From assembly GCA_045638285.1 (NCBI GenBank), contig JAZUBB010000019.1, forward strand, positions 43,053 through 107,052: a DNA stretch of 64,000 nucleotides, written 5' to 3'. The stretch is from Alistipes sp. (lineage in GTDB: Bacteria; Bacteroidota; Bacteroidia; Bacteroidales; Rikenellaceae). A program made the translations under genes and the position numbers. This document shows, piece by piece, positions 25,087 to 34,825 of the stretch. The notes beneath the pieces were generated by a model. It was not told the DNA's origin and did not search any database. It saw only the letters and a program-made list of their open reading frames with translations. The first letter of the stretch is position 1. Every line of letters starts with the position of its first letter.

Positions 25087-25108
25087 ACAAAATCCATTGG
25101 ATTTTGCT

Positions 25109-26260
25109 TTATTCTATTTTATTGTTTCTTAAATCCTTAACCATTTCAGCGGCAAATCGTTCACTCGCGCCCGCGCCACCAATCAACTCACCGAGCTGGT
25201 CGAAATCCGAGAGCATTTTTTCGCGTTTCGCGCCTCCCGAAACGATCGCTCGCAACTCTCGTTCGGCAGCCTCCAAATCCAACTTCGCACAGACCATTTC
25301 GCGCACCGCCTCGCGCCCCAAGTTGATATTGACCAACGACACAAACGGAATCTTCAACACCAACGGACGCAACACTTCGTAGAGCTTAGGCACGTGATAG
25401 ACAACCATTTCGGGGATTCGCATCAATGCCGTTTCGAGCGTTGCCGTGCCCGACGTAACCACCGCCGCCTCGGCAACCGCCAAGGTCTGCTGCGTCTGGT
25501 CGCACACGTAGCGAACGTCCGACGCGTGCTGACCGTCAGCCATATATGCCCAATAAAACCGCTTGTCGATCCACGGCACTGCCGTCACAACAAACTGATA
25601 TTCAGGCATTCGTTTCGACAGCTCGACCATCGAGGGCAGATTCTCGCGGATCTCGCTCTTGCGGCTGCCCGCCAGCAGAGCGATGATCGGACGCTCGTCC
25701 AAGTTGTTGCGACGAATAAACTCCTCGCGCGAAATCAACTTCTCGCGTCGAGCCACGATATCATCGACCAGCGGGTTGCCACAGAAGGTTGGCTCGATAC
25801 CCTTCGCGCGGAAGTAGTCCGTTTCGAACGGGAAGATCGTGAACAGTCGATCGACATATCGCTGCAACTTCTTCACGCGCCACTCCTTCCACGCCCAAAC
25901 CTTCGGCGCGATGTAGTAGAAGGTGCGCAGACCGCGTTTCTTCGCCCACTTCGCCATCTTCATATTGAACCCTGGGTAGTCGATCAGAATCAGCACATCG
26001 GGCGCAAAACGCTCGACATCGGCTTGACACTCAGCCATTTGTCGAAATATCTTGCGCAGGTTGCGCAACACGGTCATAAAGCCGAAGAACGACGCCTCGC
26101 GGTAGTGCATAGCCAGCCCCTGCTGACCGCCCTCGGCAGCCATCAGGTCGCCGCCCCAGAAACGAAACTCCGCCTGCGGATCCGCTTTACGCAATCCCGC
26201 AATCAGTTTCGAGCCGTGCAAATCACCCGACGGTTCTCCCGCTATGAGATAGTATTTCAT
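25109..26260 (-). CDS. lpxB: Lipid-A-disaccharide synthase
   Basis: From the ATG at 26260 the protein reads MKYYLIAGEPSGDLHGSKLI, the LpxB hallmark. About 383 aa. Confidence 0.9.
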   Translation of the reverse strand: MKYYLIAGEPSGDLHGSKLIAGLRKADPQAEFRFWGGDLMAAEGGQQGLAMHYREASFFGFMTVLRNLRKIFRQMAECQADVERFAPDVLILIDYPGFNMKMAKWAKKRGLRTFYYIAPKVWAWKEWRVKKLQRYVDRLFTIFPFETDYFRAKGIEPTFCGNPLVDDIVARREKLISREEFIRRNNLDERPIIALLAGSRKSEIRENLPSMVELSKRMPEYQFVVTAVPWIDKRFYWAYMADGQHASDVRYVCDQTQQTLAVAEAAVVTSGTATLETALMRIPEMVVYHVPKLYEVLRPLVLKIPFVSLVNINLGREAVREMVCAKLDLEAAERELRAIVSGGAKREKMLSDFDQLGELIGGAGASERFAAEMVKDLRNNKIE

Positions 26261-26447
26261 TCTTTGTTCGTTCCTTAAACTATGTTGAATGCTCATTCGG
26301 TTGTCGTTGGCTGCCCTTGCGCGCGACGTTCCGTCGCGGTTGCAATTCTGACCCACCCCCACCCCCCCGCCTCAGGCAAGGGCTTTGCCGCGACAAGCGC
26401 GGCGGGTTGCCGAATAGGTTGTATTTTTCAATTTATAAATGGCGAAA

Positions 26448-26524
26448 TCTTTGATTTCGACACACCTTCGCGGGCTCGCCTTCGGCGACCGCCCCAGCCC
26501 GCGAAGGTGCGTGTCGCCATTTTG
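26448..26524. repeat. GC-rich nested palindrome (core inverted) with flanking GGCGAAATCTTTGATTTCG hairpin
   Basis: The palindrome at 26463-26509 is CACCTTCGCGGGCT-CGCCTTCGGCGACCGCCCC-AGCCCGCGAAGGTG. The whole element can fold as one long hairpin (AATGGCGA...TCGCCATT). Confidence 0.9.
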
Positions 26525-26583
26525 CATTTGGTTTATATTTTTTCTTTTTCTTTTTAATTCAAACTAATCGCCAACTCAAAACT

Positions 26584-26675
26584 AATTTTGAACCGACGCC
26601 AAGCCGAATGCGGAGTCGAGCTTGCTCGAACTCAGCTGAGGCGCGAAGGAGGAAAAGCTGCCGAAGGCAGATTAA
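26584..26675. repeat. Family-2 intergenic repeat (about 92 bp), copy 2, inverted relative to copy 1
   Basis: AATTTTGAACCGACGCCAAGCCGAATGCGGAGTCGAGC... matches the reverse complement of 21427-21520. Confidence 0.85.
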
Positions 26676-26682
26676 TCTTGAA

Positions 26683-27357
26683 TTATTCCAACAAATCTGG
26701 TCTGAGTCGCTTAGTTCGTTCCCACGCCTGCTCTTCCTGCCACTTTTCGATCTCGCCGAAGTTGCCTGAGAGCAGCACATCGGGCACGCGCCAGCCGCGA
26801 AACTCCGCAGGGCGGGTATAGACAGGCGGAGCCAACAGGTTGTCCTGAAAGCAGTCGGTCAGTGCCGACGCCTCGTCGCCAATCGCACCGGGGACCAATC
26901 GCACCACCGAGTCGGCAATGATGCAGGCAGCCAGCTCGCCACCCGTCAGCACGTAGTCGCCAATCGAGATTTCGCGCGTGATGAGGTGCTCGCGGATACG
27001 GTGGTCGATACCCTTGTAGTGACCGCAGAGAATGATGATGTTCTCCAAGGTCGAGAGTCGGTTTGCCTCGTGCTGGTCGTAGCGTATGCCGTCGGGCGAG
27101 GTGTAGATGATCTCGTCGTAGGTGCGCTCCGACTGCAACTTCTCGACAAGCTCGAATACGGGCTCGCACTTCATCACCATACCTGCCTCACCTCCAAAGG
27201 GATAGTCGTCCGTTGTGCGGCGTTTGTCGTGGGCATAGTCGTGCAGGTTGTGGACCACGATCTCGACCAGACCCTTCTCCTGTGCGCGTTTGAGGATCGA
27301 CTCGCTCAGTGGCGATGTCAGCAGTTCGGGAACAGATGTTATAATATCAATACGCAT
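26683..27357 (-). CDS. trmD: tRNA (guanine37-N1)-methyltransferase
   Basis: [13 protein letters not shown]-terminus, [13 protein letters not shown] and [11 protein letters not shown] blocks. Confidence 0.93.
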   Translation of the reverse strand: MRIDIITSVPELLTSPLSESILKRAQEKGLVEIVVHNLHDYAHDKRRTTDDYPFGGEAGMVMKCEPVFELVEKLQSERTYDEIIYTSPDGIRYDQHEANRLSTLENIIILCGHYKGIDHRIREHLITREISIGDYVLTGGELAACIIADSVVRLVPGAIGDEASALTDCFQDNLLAPPVYTRPAEFRGWRVPDVLLSGNFGEIEKWQEEQAWERTKRLRPDLLE

Positions 27358-27365
27358 AATTCGGT

Positions 27366-27415
27366 TAATTCAAAAAGCAAAATTCAAAAAGCAAAATTCA
27401 AAAAGCACAAAGCGA
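27366..27415. repeat. 14-bp tandem array (AATTCAAAAAGCAA x3, two heptamer units each) upstream of trmD
   Basis: AATTCAAAAAGCAAAATTCAAAAAGCAAAATTCAAAAAGCACAAAGCGAA. Confidence 0.85.
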
Positions 27416-27532
27416 AATTGGATACTTTGTAAGAGCTGAATTTTTGAGGTTAAATATTCTTAATTTCAGTTTTTCGTGTTTGTCTTAAACCATAATCTTG
27501 AATTTCAACAAACTACGGTTTTCGACCCGCTG

Positions 27533-28279
27533 TTAATATGCTCTCCAAATAATATCCTTTTCGCCCTCGTTGCCCAGTGGCACCTCTTTGCCGTGTTCGA
27601 GCGTGAAGCCGCGATAGCCGAGCGAGTGGAACAACTTGATGATCTTAGCGCGGTTGTCGCCACCCGTTTCGATCAGCACCGTCGGGCGGAAACGCTCCAA
27701 CAACGGTCGCAACTCGTTCATTACAACCACTTCGTAACCCTCGATGTCGCACTTGATGAAGTTCAGGCGGGTCAATTTCGCAAACAATTCGCTACCGCGA
27801 CGCATCTGCGCGGGGAAACGTTCGCCCTTTTGCTCACCCTCACTCTCGGCAGCCGAGGCGTCACCCACAAAGTTCTGCCCCGTACCGAAGTAACCTTGAT
27901 AGCGAGCCGTGTCGTTGCACATCACAATCTCGCGCTCCTCCTCGCCCAACGCGTAGGGCAGAATCTCGACATTCGAGCAGTGACGCAGGTTGTGGCGCAA
28001 CACACCGAGAATCGGAGCTACGGGCTCAACCGAATAGAGCTTGCCGCCCTCGCCAATCGCCTGCGAGATGTAGCGCGAGTAGTAACCCAAGTTGGCACCG
28101 ATGTCGATCGCTGTCGCGCCCTCGCCCACCAATTCGGGCAGGTGGTAGACATACTCCGTAGCCTCGGCATAGCGACCTATGCCCAGACGTTTCCAGACGA
28201 AGAACATCGCGCTCACCACCCTCAGGTAGCCTTCGAGTGGCAGCAGTCGATAGAGCAATTTATGGATCAAACGCATCAT
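27533..28279 (-). CDS. FkbM family SAM-dependent methyltransferase
   Basis: IDIGANLGYYS (SAM motif I) and IKCDIEGYE blocks typical of FkbM methyltransferases. Confidence 0.75.
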   Translation of the reverse strand: MMRLIHKLLYRLLPLEGYLRVVSAMFFVWKRLGIGRYAEATEYVYHLPELVGEGATAIDIGANLGYYSRYISQAIGEGGKLYSVEPVAPILGVLRHNLRHCSNVEILPYALGEEEREIVMCNDTARYQGYFGTGQNFVGDASAAESEGEQKGERFPAQMRRGSELFAKLTRLNFIKCDIEGYEVVVMNELRPLLERFRPTVLIETGGDNRAKIIKLFHSLGYRGFTLEHGKEVPLGNEGEKDIIWRAY

Positions 28280-28286
28280 AATTGGG

Positions 28287-28961
28287 TTATCCTCGATAGT
28301 TGATTTCGTTGTTCATCACCTCCACAACGAAGGGGTTGTAGAGCACCTCGTGACCGATGTCCGACGAGGGACCGTGACCCGCGTGGAAGACCACGTCGTC
28401 ACCTAACGGCACAATGCGATCCAAAATCGAGCGCATAATCCACGAGTAGTCACCACCAGGCAGGTCGGTGCGACCGATACTCTCGCGGAAGAGTGTGTCG
28501 CCCGTGAAGAGCATACGCCCCTCCTCGTGGTAGAGGCATACGTGACCGGGGGTGTGACCGGGGGTGGGGATAACCTTCAAGACGGTCTCGCCAAAGGTGA
28601 TCTCGTCGCGCTCTTTGAGGTCGATGTCGATCGAGGGCGTCACGGGTACCTTCAAGCCGAACATCGCCGCCTGCTGAGCCGCGCTCTCGACAAGGAATTT
28701 ATCGTCCGACGAGAGTGCATAGGGAATACCTAACTCCTCTTTGAGCGTCTGGACGCCCATAATGTGGTCGATATGTCCGTGCGTACCGACGATCATCTCG
28801 GCTTCGAGTCGGTTCGAGCGAATGTAGTCGATGATTGCGGCAGTTTCGTTTGCGTTGCTGCAACCCGCGTCGATGATTATGCAGCGAGCGGTAGCTTTGT
28901 CGGTCACCACGTAGGTGTTCTCCTGAAAGGGATTGACGCAGAATAGTGCTATGTCGATCAT
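28287..28961 (-). CDS. MBL-fold metallo-hydrolase (glyoxalase II-like)
   Basis: From the ATG at 28961 the protein reads MIDIALFCVNPFQENTYVV. HGHIDH metal motif, TPGHTPG and a later GHG block. Confidence 0.82.
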   Translation of the reverse strand: MIDIALFCVNPFQENTYVVTDKATARCIIIDAGCSNANETAAIIDYIRSNRLEAEMIVGTHGHIDHIMGVQTLKEELGIPYALSSDDKFLVESAAQQAAMFGLKVPVTPSIDIDLKERDEITFGETVLKVIPTPGHTPGHVCLYHEEGRMLFTGDTLFRESIGRTDLPGGDYSWIMRSILDRIVPLGDDVVFHAGHGPSSDIGHEVLYNPFVVEVMNNEINYRG

Positions 28962-29139
28962 AGTTGTATGTGAAGTTTCACGTTTTTTCGGATTAAACAA
29001 TACTTTTCCAAAATACAAAAATACGAATTTTTCGTAATCCACCGCCCATTTTTATACATTATTTTATACGCGCGGAGGTTGGGAGCGTTGCAATCTACCG
29101 CTTTTTGCGTACCTTTGCCGAAAATAAATCCAAACTATC

Positions 29140-30549
29140 GTGGCACGTAAAAGACATCAATACCCTCTGATCGAGGGGCTCGAAATCACCACTCTCGCCG
29201 CCGAGGGCAAGTCGCTCGGTCGCTGGAACGACCAAGTTGTATTCGTTCCGATGACCGTTCCGGGCGATGTGGTGGACGTTCAAATCCGCAACAAACGCCG
29301 CCGTTATATGGAGGGCTATGTGGTTCGTTATCAGAAATTTTCGGAGATGCGCTGCGAACCTTTCTGCCAGCATTTCGGTGTTTGTGGCGGTTGCAAGTGG
29401 CAGAACCTCCCCTACGACGAACAGCTGCGCTTGAAGCAGTCGCAGGTCGAGGACCAACTGACCCGTATCGGCAAGATCGAGCTGCCCGCAATCAGCCCCA
29501 TTTTGGGCTCGCGCCTGACGCAGTTCTACCGCAATAAACTCGAATTTACCTTCACGCCGCGCCGCTGGCTGACGCAGGAGGAGGTCGCTTCGGGTGCCGA
29601 ACTCGACGCCTCGCCCGCACTCGGTTTCCACATTCCGACGATGTTCGACAAGGTGTTGGACATCGAAAAGTGCTGGTTGCAGAACGAGCCTTCGAATGCT
29701 ATTCGTTTGGCTACCAAGCGTTTCTGTATCGACAATGGCTACGAGTTCTACAACGTGCGCGAGCATACGGGATTTATGCGCAATATGATCATTCGCACCG
29801 CCTCGACGGGCGAGGTGATGGTCATCGTGATCTTCGCTTATAAGGACGAGCAGCGTATCGCCGCACTGCTCGACCACCTCTGCGAGCAGTTCCCTGAGAT
29901 CACCTCGATGATCTATATGATCAACGAGAAGTTGAACGACTCGACGGGCGACCTCGAACCCGTGACCTATCGTGGCAACGGGCACATCTTCGAACAGATG
30001 GAGGGCTTGCGATTCAAGGTGGGTCCCAAGTCGTTCTATCAGACCAACTCGGAGCAGGCGTACGAGCTCTATAAGGTGGCACGCGAGGCGGCTGATTTGA
30101 AGGCTGACGACGTGCTCTATGACCTCTATACGGGTACGGGTACGATCGCCAATTTCTGTGCGTCGCGTTGTGCGAAAGTGGTTGGTATTGAGTATGTTCC
30201 TGAGGCTATCGAGGACGCAAAGGTCAACTCCGAGATCAACGGAATTACGAATACGGTCTTCTATGCGGGCGATATGAAGAAGGTGCTGAGCGACGATTTC
30301 GTTGCAGCCAATGGTCGCCCCAATGTTGTGATTCTCGATCCGCCGCGTGCGGGTGTTGATGAGCCTGTGATTGATGTGATTCTGCGAGCTGCACCCGACC
30401 GCATTGTCTACGTGAGCTGCAACCCCGCCACTCAGGCACGCGACATCGCGCTGATGGACGGAATGTACCGCGTCGAGAGTGTCCAGCCGGTGGATATGTT
30501 CCCGCACACCTACCACGTCGAGAATGTAGTGAAACTTATTAAGAGATAA
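29140..30549 (+). CDS. rlmD: 23S rRNA (uracil1939-C5)-methyltransferase (RumA/RlmD type)
   Basis: N-terminal TRAM-like domain and a Cys cluster (CQHFGVCGGCKWQ). SAM MTase motifs DLYTGTGTI, DPPRAG and the catalytic VSCNPAT. GTG start. Confidence 0.88.
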   Translation: MARKRHQYPLIEGLEITTLAAEGKSLGRWNDQVVFVPMTVPGDVVDVQIRNKRRRYMEGYVVRYQKFSEMRCEPFCQHFGVCGGCKWQNLPYDEQLRLKQSQVEDQLTRIGKIELPAISPILGSRLTQFYRNKLEFTFTPRRWLTQEEVASGAELDASPALGFHIPTMFDKVLDIEKCWLQNEPSNAIRLATKRFCIDNGYEFYNVREHTGFMRNMIIRTASTGEVMVIVIFAYKDEQRIAALLDHLCEQFPEITSMIYMINEKLNDSTGDLEPVTYRGNGHIFEQMEGLRFKVGPKSFYQTNSEQAYELYKVAREAADLKADDVLYDLYTGTGTIANFCASRCAKVVGIEYVPEAIEDAKVNSEINGITNTVFYAGDMKKVLSDDFVAANGRPNVVILDPPRAGVDEPVIDVILRAAPDRIVYVSCNPATQARDIALMDGMYRVESVQPVDMFPHTYHVENVVKLIKR

Positions 30550-30573
30550 TAGGTTACACGCAATATAATGATC

Positions 30574-30603
30574 AAAGCCGCACCCTCGTTGGAGTGCGGC
30601 TTT
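30574..30603. terminator. Bidirectional hairpin terminator between convergent rlmD and the EF-G paralog
   Basis: AAAGCCGCAC-CCTCGTTGGA-GTGCGGCTTT. Confidence 0.65.
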
Positions 30604-30627
30604 GGTCATTTATCGAACCGTGGGGGA

Positions 30628-32781
30628 TTAATCCTCGTCGGTGTCGGTGTAAGCCTTCAACAGCTTGTCCTGAACGTCAGCGGGAACCTGCTCGTACGAC
30701 GCGAACTTCATCGTGTACGATGCACGACCGTTGGTCAGCGACGACAGAGTGGTCGAGTAGCGATACAGCTCTGCCAGAGGCACGCGTGCATTCAGGCGAT
30801 CCAGACCGTGATCCGACGACATACCCTCGATCAGAGCGCGGCGGTTCTGCAAGTCGCTCATTACGTCACCCATACGGTCGCTCGGAACGAGTACCTCGAC
30901 GCTGTAAATAGGCTCCATAATCTTCGGACCTGCATTGCGGAATGCCTCCTTGAAGGCGTTACGTGCAGCCAACTTGAACGAGATTTCATTCGAATCAACG
31001 GGGTGCATCTTACCGTCGTAGATCACAACGCGAATATCGCGTGCATACGAACCTGTCAACGGACCCTCGGTCATCTTCTCGTTGATACCCTTCAAGATTG
31101 CGGGCATAAAGCGTGCGTCGATTGCACCACCAACGATCGAGTTGTAGTACTGCAACTTGCCGCCCCATTCGAGCTCGTACTCCTCCTTACCCTTGATGTT
31201 CACGGTAACCTCCTTACCGTTGATCTTGTACTTGGTAGGCTCGGGCATACCCTCGTAGTAGGGCTCGATAACCATATGTACCTCACCGAACTGACCTGCA
31301 CCACCCGACTGCTTCTTGTGGCGGTAGTCTGCCTGAGCGACCTTAGTGATAGTCTCGCGGTAGGGGATACGCGGTGCCATATATTCGATCTCCATCTTGT
31401 TCTCGGTCGAGAGGCGGTACTTCAAGATATTGAGGTGGTGCTCACCCTGACCCTGAATGATGGTCTGTTTCAACTCCTTCGAGTACTCAACCAAAATGGT
31501 CGGATCCTCGTACTTAGCCTTATTGAGCAACTCGCCCAACTTCTCGTCGTCACCCTGCTTAACGGGCTTAACTGCTGCGCGGTAGCGAGCGTCGGGGAAT
31601 ACGATCGGCTCGATCTCAACGGGTGCTGCGGGTGCCGACAGGGTGTCGTTGGTGCGGGTAGCCTTCAACTTAACGGTGCAACCGATGTCACCTGCAACCA
31701 TCTCCGAAACCTTGATACGGTTCTTACCTGCAACAGCAAACAGCTGCGAGATCTTCTCCTTGTTACCCGTACGGCTGTTCACGAGCTCCATACCCTCGGT
31801 AACCTTACCACGCACTACGCGGAAGTAGCTGATCTCACCCAAGTGCTGCTCAACCTGGCTCTTGAATACGAACAGAACGGGCTGACCATTCTCGTCTGCC
31901 TCGATCTCCTCGCCCTCGGTCGAGAGGAAATTGGGAGCGGTCAGCGGACCGGGAGCCACGTTGATGATGAACTCCATAATACGCTTCGAACCTACATCGC
32001 GCTTAGCCGACGAGCAGAATACGGGCAGGCAGTCACGCTTAGCAACGCCTAACTTCAAACCGCTACGAATATCGTCCTGAGTCAGCGCACCCTTGTCGAA
32101 GTAGAGCATCATCAGATCCTCATCGTTCTCGGCTGCGGTCTCAACCAGCGTCTGGTGCAACTCCATAGCGCGATCCATCTCCTCAGCGGGGATTTCGAGC
32201 TCCTCACGAGTACCATTTTCGTCGGTGAAACGATACATCTTCATCATCAGCACGTCGATGAACGAATCGAAGTTCGGACCCGGATTAACGGGATACTGCA
32301 CGATCACGGGCTTCACGCGCGACGAAGCGGTGATGCTCTCGATGGTCTCCTCCCAGTTAGCGTTCTCGGCGTCGAGCTTATTTACGATAGCGATCACGGG
32401 CTTGTTAAGCTTACGAGCGTAGCGAGCCTGAATCTCGGTACCAGCCTCGAAACCCTCGACTGCGCTGATCACGCACAGACCCACGTCAGCCACCTTGAAA
32501 GCCGAGAACAGACTACCGCAGAAGTCGTCCGAACCCGGGGTGTCGATGATATTGAGCTTACGACCCATAAACTCCGAGAACAGAGCGGTCGAATAGATCG
32601 AACGTTTGTATTCGTGCTCGATATCGGTGTTGTCCGACAGAGTATTCTCACCCTCGATAGTACCACGACGGTCGATTACCTTACCTTCGAACGCCATAGC
32701 CTCGGCGAGGGTGGTTTTACCCGAGCCGGGAGCACCAATCAGAACGACGTTCTTGATCTCCTTAGTTGAATAGTTTTTCAT
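30628..32781 (-). CDS. Elongation factor G paralog (EF-G2-like) with altered G1 and G3 motifs
   Basis: 717 aa with EF-G domain order. G1 is GAPGSGKTT (canonical AHIDAGKTT). G3 is DTPGSDDF (canonical DTPGHVDF). NKLD is present. Confidence 0.85.
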   Translation of the reverse strand: MKNYSTKEIKNVVLIGAPGSGKTTLAEAMAFEGKVIDRRGTIEGENTLSDNTDIEHEYKRSIYSTALFSEFMGRKLNIIDTPGSDDFCGSLFSAFKVADVGLCVISAVEGFEAGTEIQARYARKLNKPVIAIVNKLDAENANWEETIESITASSRVKPVIVQYPVNPGPNFDSFIDVLMMKMYRFTDENGTREELEIPAEEMDRAMELHQTLVETAAENDEDLMMLYFDKGALTQDDIRSGLKLGVAKRDCLPVFCSSAKRDVGSKRIMEFIINVAPGPLTAPNFLSTEGEEIEADENGQPVLFVFKSQVEQHLGEISYFRVVRGKVTEGMELVNSRTGNKEKISQLFAVAGKNRIKVSEMVAGDIGCTVKLKATRTNDTLSAPAAPVEIEPIVFPDARYRAAVKPVKQGDDEKLGELLNKAKYEDPTILVEYSKELKQTIIQGQGEHHLNILKYRLSTENKMEIEYMAPRIPYRETITKVAQADYRHKKQSGGAGQFGEVHMVIEPYYEGMPEPTKYKINGKEVTVNIKGKEEYELEWGGKLQYYNSIVGGAIDARFMPAILKGINEKMTEGPLTGSYARDIRVVIYDGKMHPVDSNEISFKLAARNAFKEAFRNAGPKIMEPIYSVEVLVPSDRMGDVMSDLQNRRALIEGMSSDHGLDRLNARVPLAELYRYSTTLSSLTNGRASYTMKFASYEQVPADVQDKLLKAYTDTDED

Positions 32782-32940
32782 AGTTTTGAGGTTATTTTTG
32801 TTTTAGTTTCTAAATTTCGCGACCATAAATATATGAATTTTATTTCAAACTCCAAGCGTTCGCCCCAAAAATTTTAATTTCGACGGGCTATTTCGGGGGT
32901 TTGTGGCGGTTTTCGGGCGATATAGATATATGTATATAAC

Positions 32941-32969
32941 AGAAAAGAGCCGCCCCGCAGTGGCAGCTC
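32941..32969 (-). terminator. Intrinsic terminator after the glsB-like gene
   Basis: The minus strand reads GAGCTGCC-ACTGCGG-GGCGGCTC followed by TTTTCT. Confidence 0.55.
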
Positions 32970-33022
32970 CTTTCGTTTTGTTAGTTGCGTTTTGGCGGGC
33001 TACAATCCGCTCAAAAGATCGC

Positions 33023-33922
33023 TTAGAATTTCATATGTCGCTCGCCTTTGGCGGGGTAGATATCGGCGATGGTGATCAGGATACCCGTCTCCTCGACTGC
33101 ACCGAAGTCGTTGTTGTGGACCGTCGAGAAGGTTCGCATCGAGGGCGAAATGCTCATATAGGAGTTGATCAGCGGCGGAATGTTCTCGCCACGTTCGCGC
33201 ACCTGCTGGCACAGCGTGCGGTGATCCTCGTTGTAGTTGTCACCCGTAAACATCGCGTCGAAACGCTCGTAGTCGATATCCATTTCGACGGGATCAATGC
33301 CCTCCATCAGATCGTCACGATCGGGGAAATAGCGGTGCATAAAGTAGATGATCATATTGCGAGCCTCAACGTTGAAATCGGTGTACATCGTCACCTTGCC
33401 GAAGAAATATCGCATTTCGGGGTTGAGTACGGTGAGTGCTCCCAGACCGTCCCAAAGGTTGTCTAACGCAAAGATACTCTTGTTGTTATCGCGTGATTGG
33501 TAGCTCGGTTGCACGAACGAACGACCCAGCTCGATGGTCCACGGCAGGAACTCCTCGCGGAACTTGTCCGAGAAGCGGAAGTAGTGCTCCGTCGAGAGGT
33601 GCGCGGGGCGCGACGAGCGACAGATGATAAAGCGATAGCCACCCACAATTTCGCGTGCGGCGGGGTCCCAAACAATCAACTGCTGATAGCCGTTCTCTGC
33701 CAAGTCGTCGGCGTCAATATCGACCTCTTCGCCTGTACCGCCACCCGCCTCGCGGAACGATACTTCGCGCAGGCGACCGATCTCGCGCATCACGGCGGGC
33801 GAGTCGGCAGCCGTCACAACATAGATCTCGTTACCGGCTTTGTTGGTGTTGCGAATCTTCTTCTCTGCCGTCAGTTCACGTTCGATCAACTCGCGTGCAA
33901 CGGGCTCTATAATGGGTTTCAT
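33023..33922 (-). CDS. glsB: OlsB-type GNAT N-acyltransferase (glycine-lipid N-acyltransferase GlsB-like)
   Basis: About 299 aa from MKPIIEPV. It has an Acetyltransf_5-like core (LREVSFREAGGGTGEE...GGYRFI) and is adjacent to a PlsC-type acyltransferase, as in the Bacteroidales glycine-lipid locus. Confidence 0.65.
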   Translation of the reverse strand: MKPIIEPVARELIERELTAEKKIRNTNKAGNEIYVVTAADSPAVMREIGRLREVSFREAGGGTGEEVDIDADDLAENGYQQLIVWDPAAREIVGGYRFIICRSSRPAHLSTEHYFRFSDKFREEFLPWTIELGRSFVQPSYQSRDNNKSIFALDNLWDGLGALTVLNPEMRYFFGKVTMYTDFNVEARNMIIYFMHRYFPDRDDLMEGIDPVEMDIDYERFDAMFTGDNYNEDHRTLCQQVRERGENIPPLINSYMSISPSMRTFSTVHNNDFGAVEETGILITIADIYPAKGERHMKF

Positions 33923-33990
33923 CTCACACATAAAAATAGGGCATTTAGGCAAAGATAGCTATTTTAGTTGAGAAACAGCTACTTTTTGAC

Positions 33991-34797
33991 CTATTTTTGC
34001 ATTTCGTAGGCTTTTTTACGTACAAATACCACCTGCTCGTCGTAGTTTCCTGCCTGCTTTAACTCCTCGCGCGAGATCGGTTTTCCGAATCGCAGTGTGA
34101 AGGTTTGACCACTCTGTCGCACCATCTCATCGACCAGCAAAATCATCTCGATATTGAACTTTATGCCGAGTTTTTTGCGCAGATTTGCGAGGTTGTAGAA
34201 ACGGTTCGAGAGCCTACCCTCGACAAATACGGGAACAACCTGACGATCGGTCGAATGCGCCTGCTTGATAAAACTCTTTCGCCACTCCAAATCGGCTATA
34301 ACGCCCTTGGTTCGACGCGAGCACAGACCCGCAGGGAAGGTCATAATCGGCAGCGGTCCTTCGAAAGCCTCGTGCATACGGCGGGCATACTCCGAATTTT
34401 GGCGTCCGTGCTTATTGACGGGCAGCCAAATCGGTTGCAGCGGCTCCATATACATCAGCAGGTCGTTGATCACCACACGCACATCGCCCAAACGCGAGCC
34501 GATAGCCTCGGCGACCATCATTCCGTCCATACCGCCAAAGGGGTGGTTCGAAGCGAAGATGTAGCGACCGTTGGGATCGATATTTTCGAAGCCCTCGACA
34601 TCGTATCGAATATCGAGAATTTTGAATGCGCCGCGAATAAATTCGAGGGGTGACTTGTCGCCGTAATTATCTATGGCACAGTTGAGTACATCTTCGTGAA
34701 TCAGTCCGCGCAACCAATTGATCACACAGCGCGGAATGTAACGTTTCAGGCGTGGAACCTTGTTCTCCAAGATCCTGTCAATGTCGATTCTATCCAT
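33991..34797 (-). CDS. glsA: PlsC-family lysolipid O-acyltransferase (GlsA-like)
   Basis: From the ATG at 34797 the protein reads MDRIDIDRILE. SNHPFGGMDG acyltransferase His/Asp block and later FPAG block. Confidence 0.65.
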   Translation of the reverse strand: MDRIDIDRILENKVPRLKRYIPRCVINWLRGLIHEDVLNCAIDNYGDKSPLEFIRGAFKILDIRYDVEGFENIDPNGRYIFASNHPFGGMDGMMVAEAIGSRLGDVRVVINDLLMYMEPLQPIWLPVNKHGRQNSEYARRMHEAFEGPLPIMTFPAGLCSRRTKGVIADLEWRKSFIKQAHSTDRQVVPVFVEGRLSNRFYNLANLRKKLGIKFNIEMILLVDEMVRQSGQTFTLRFGKPISREELKQAGNYDEQVVFVRKKAYEMQK

Positions 34798-34817
34798 AAA
34801 AAAGATTTTTATGGATA

Positions 34818-34825
34818 CAAAGATA
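34818..34825 (-). promoter_or_regulatory. -7 promoter box for the glsA-glsB operon
   Basis: Plus-strand CAAAGATA is TATCTTTG on the minus strand, 21 nt upstream of the ATG. Confidence 0.45.

Noticed and set aside
29095-32052. ORFs of 504 aa (minus, opposite rlmD) and 494 aa (plus, opposite the EF-G paralog).
   Set aside because: Same shadow-ORF phenomenon. The sense-strand genes carry clear family motifs and the antisense translations carry none.
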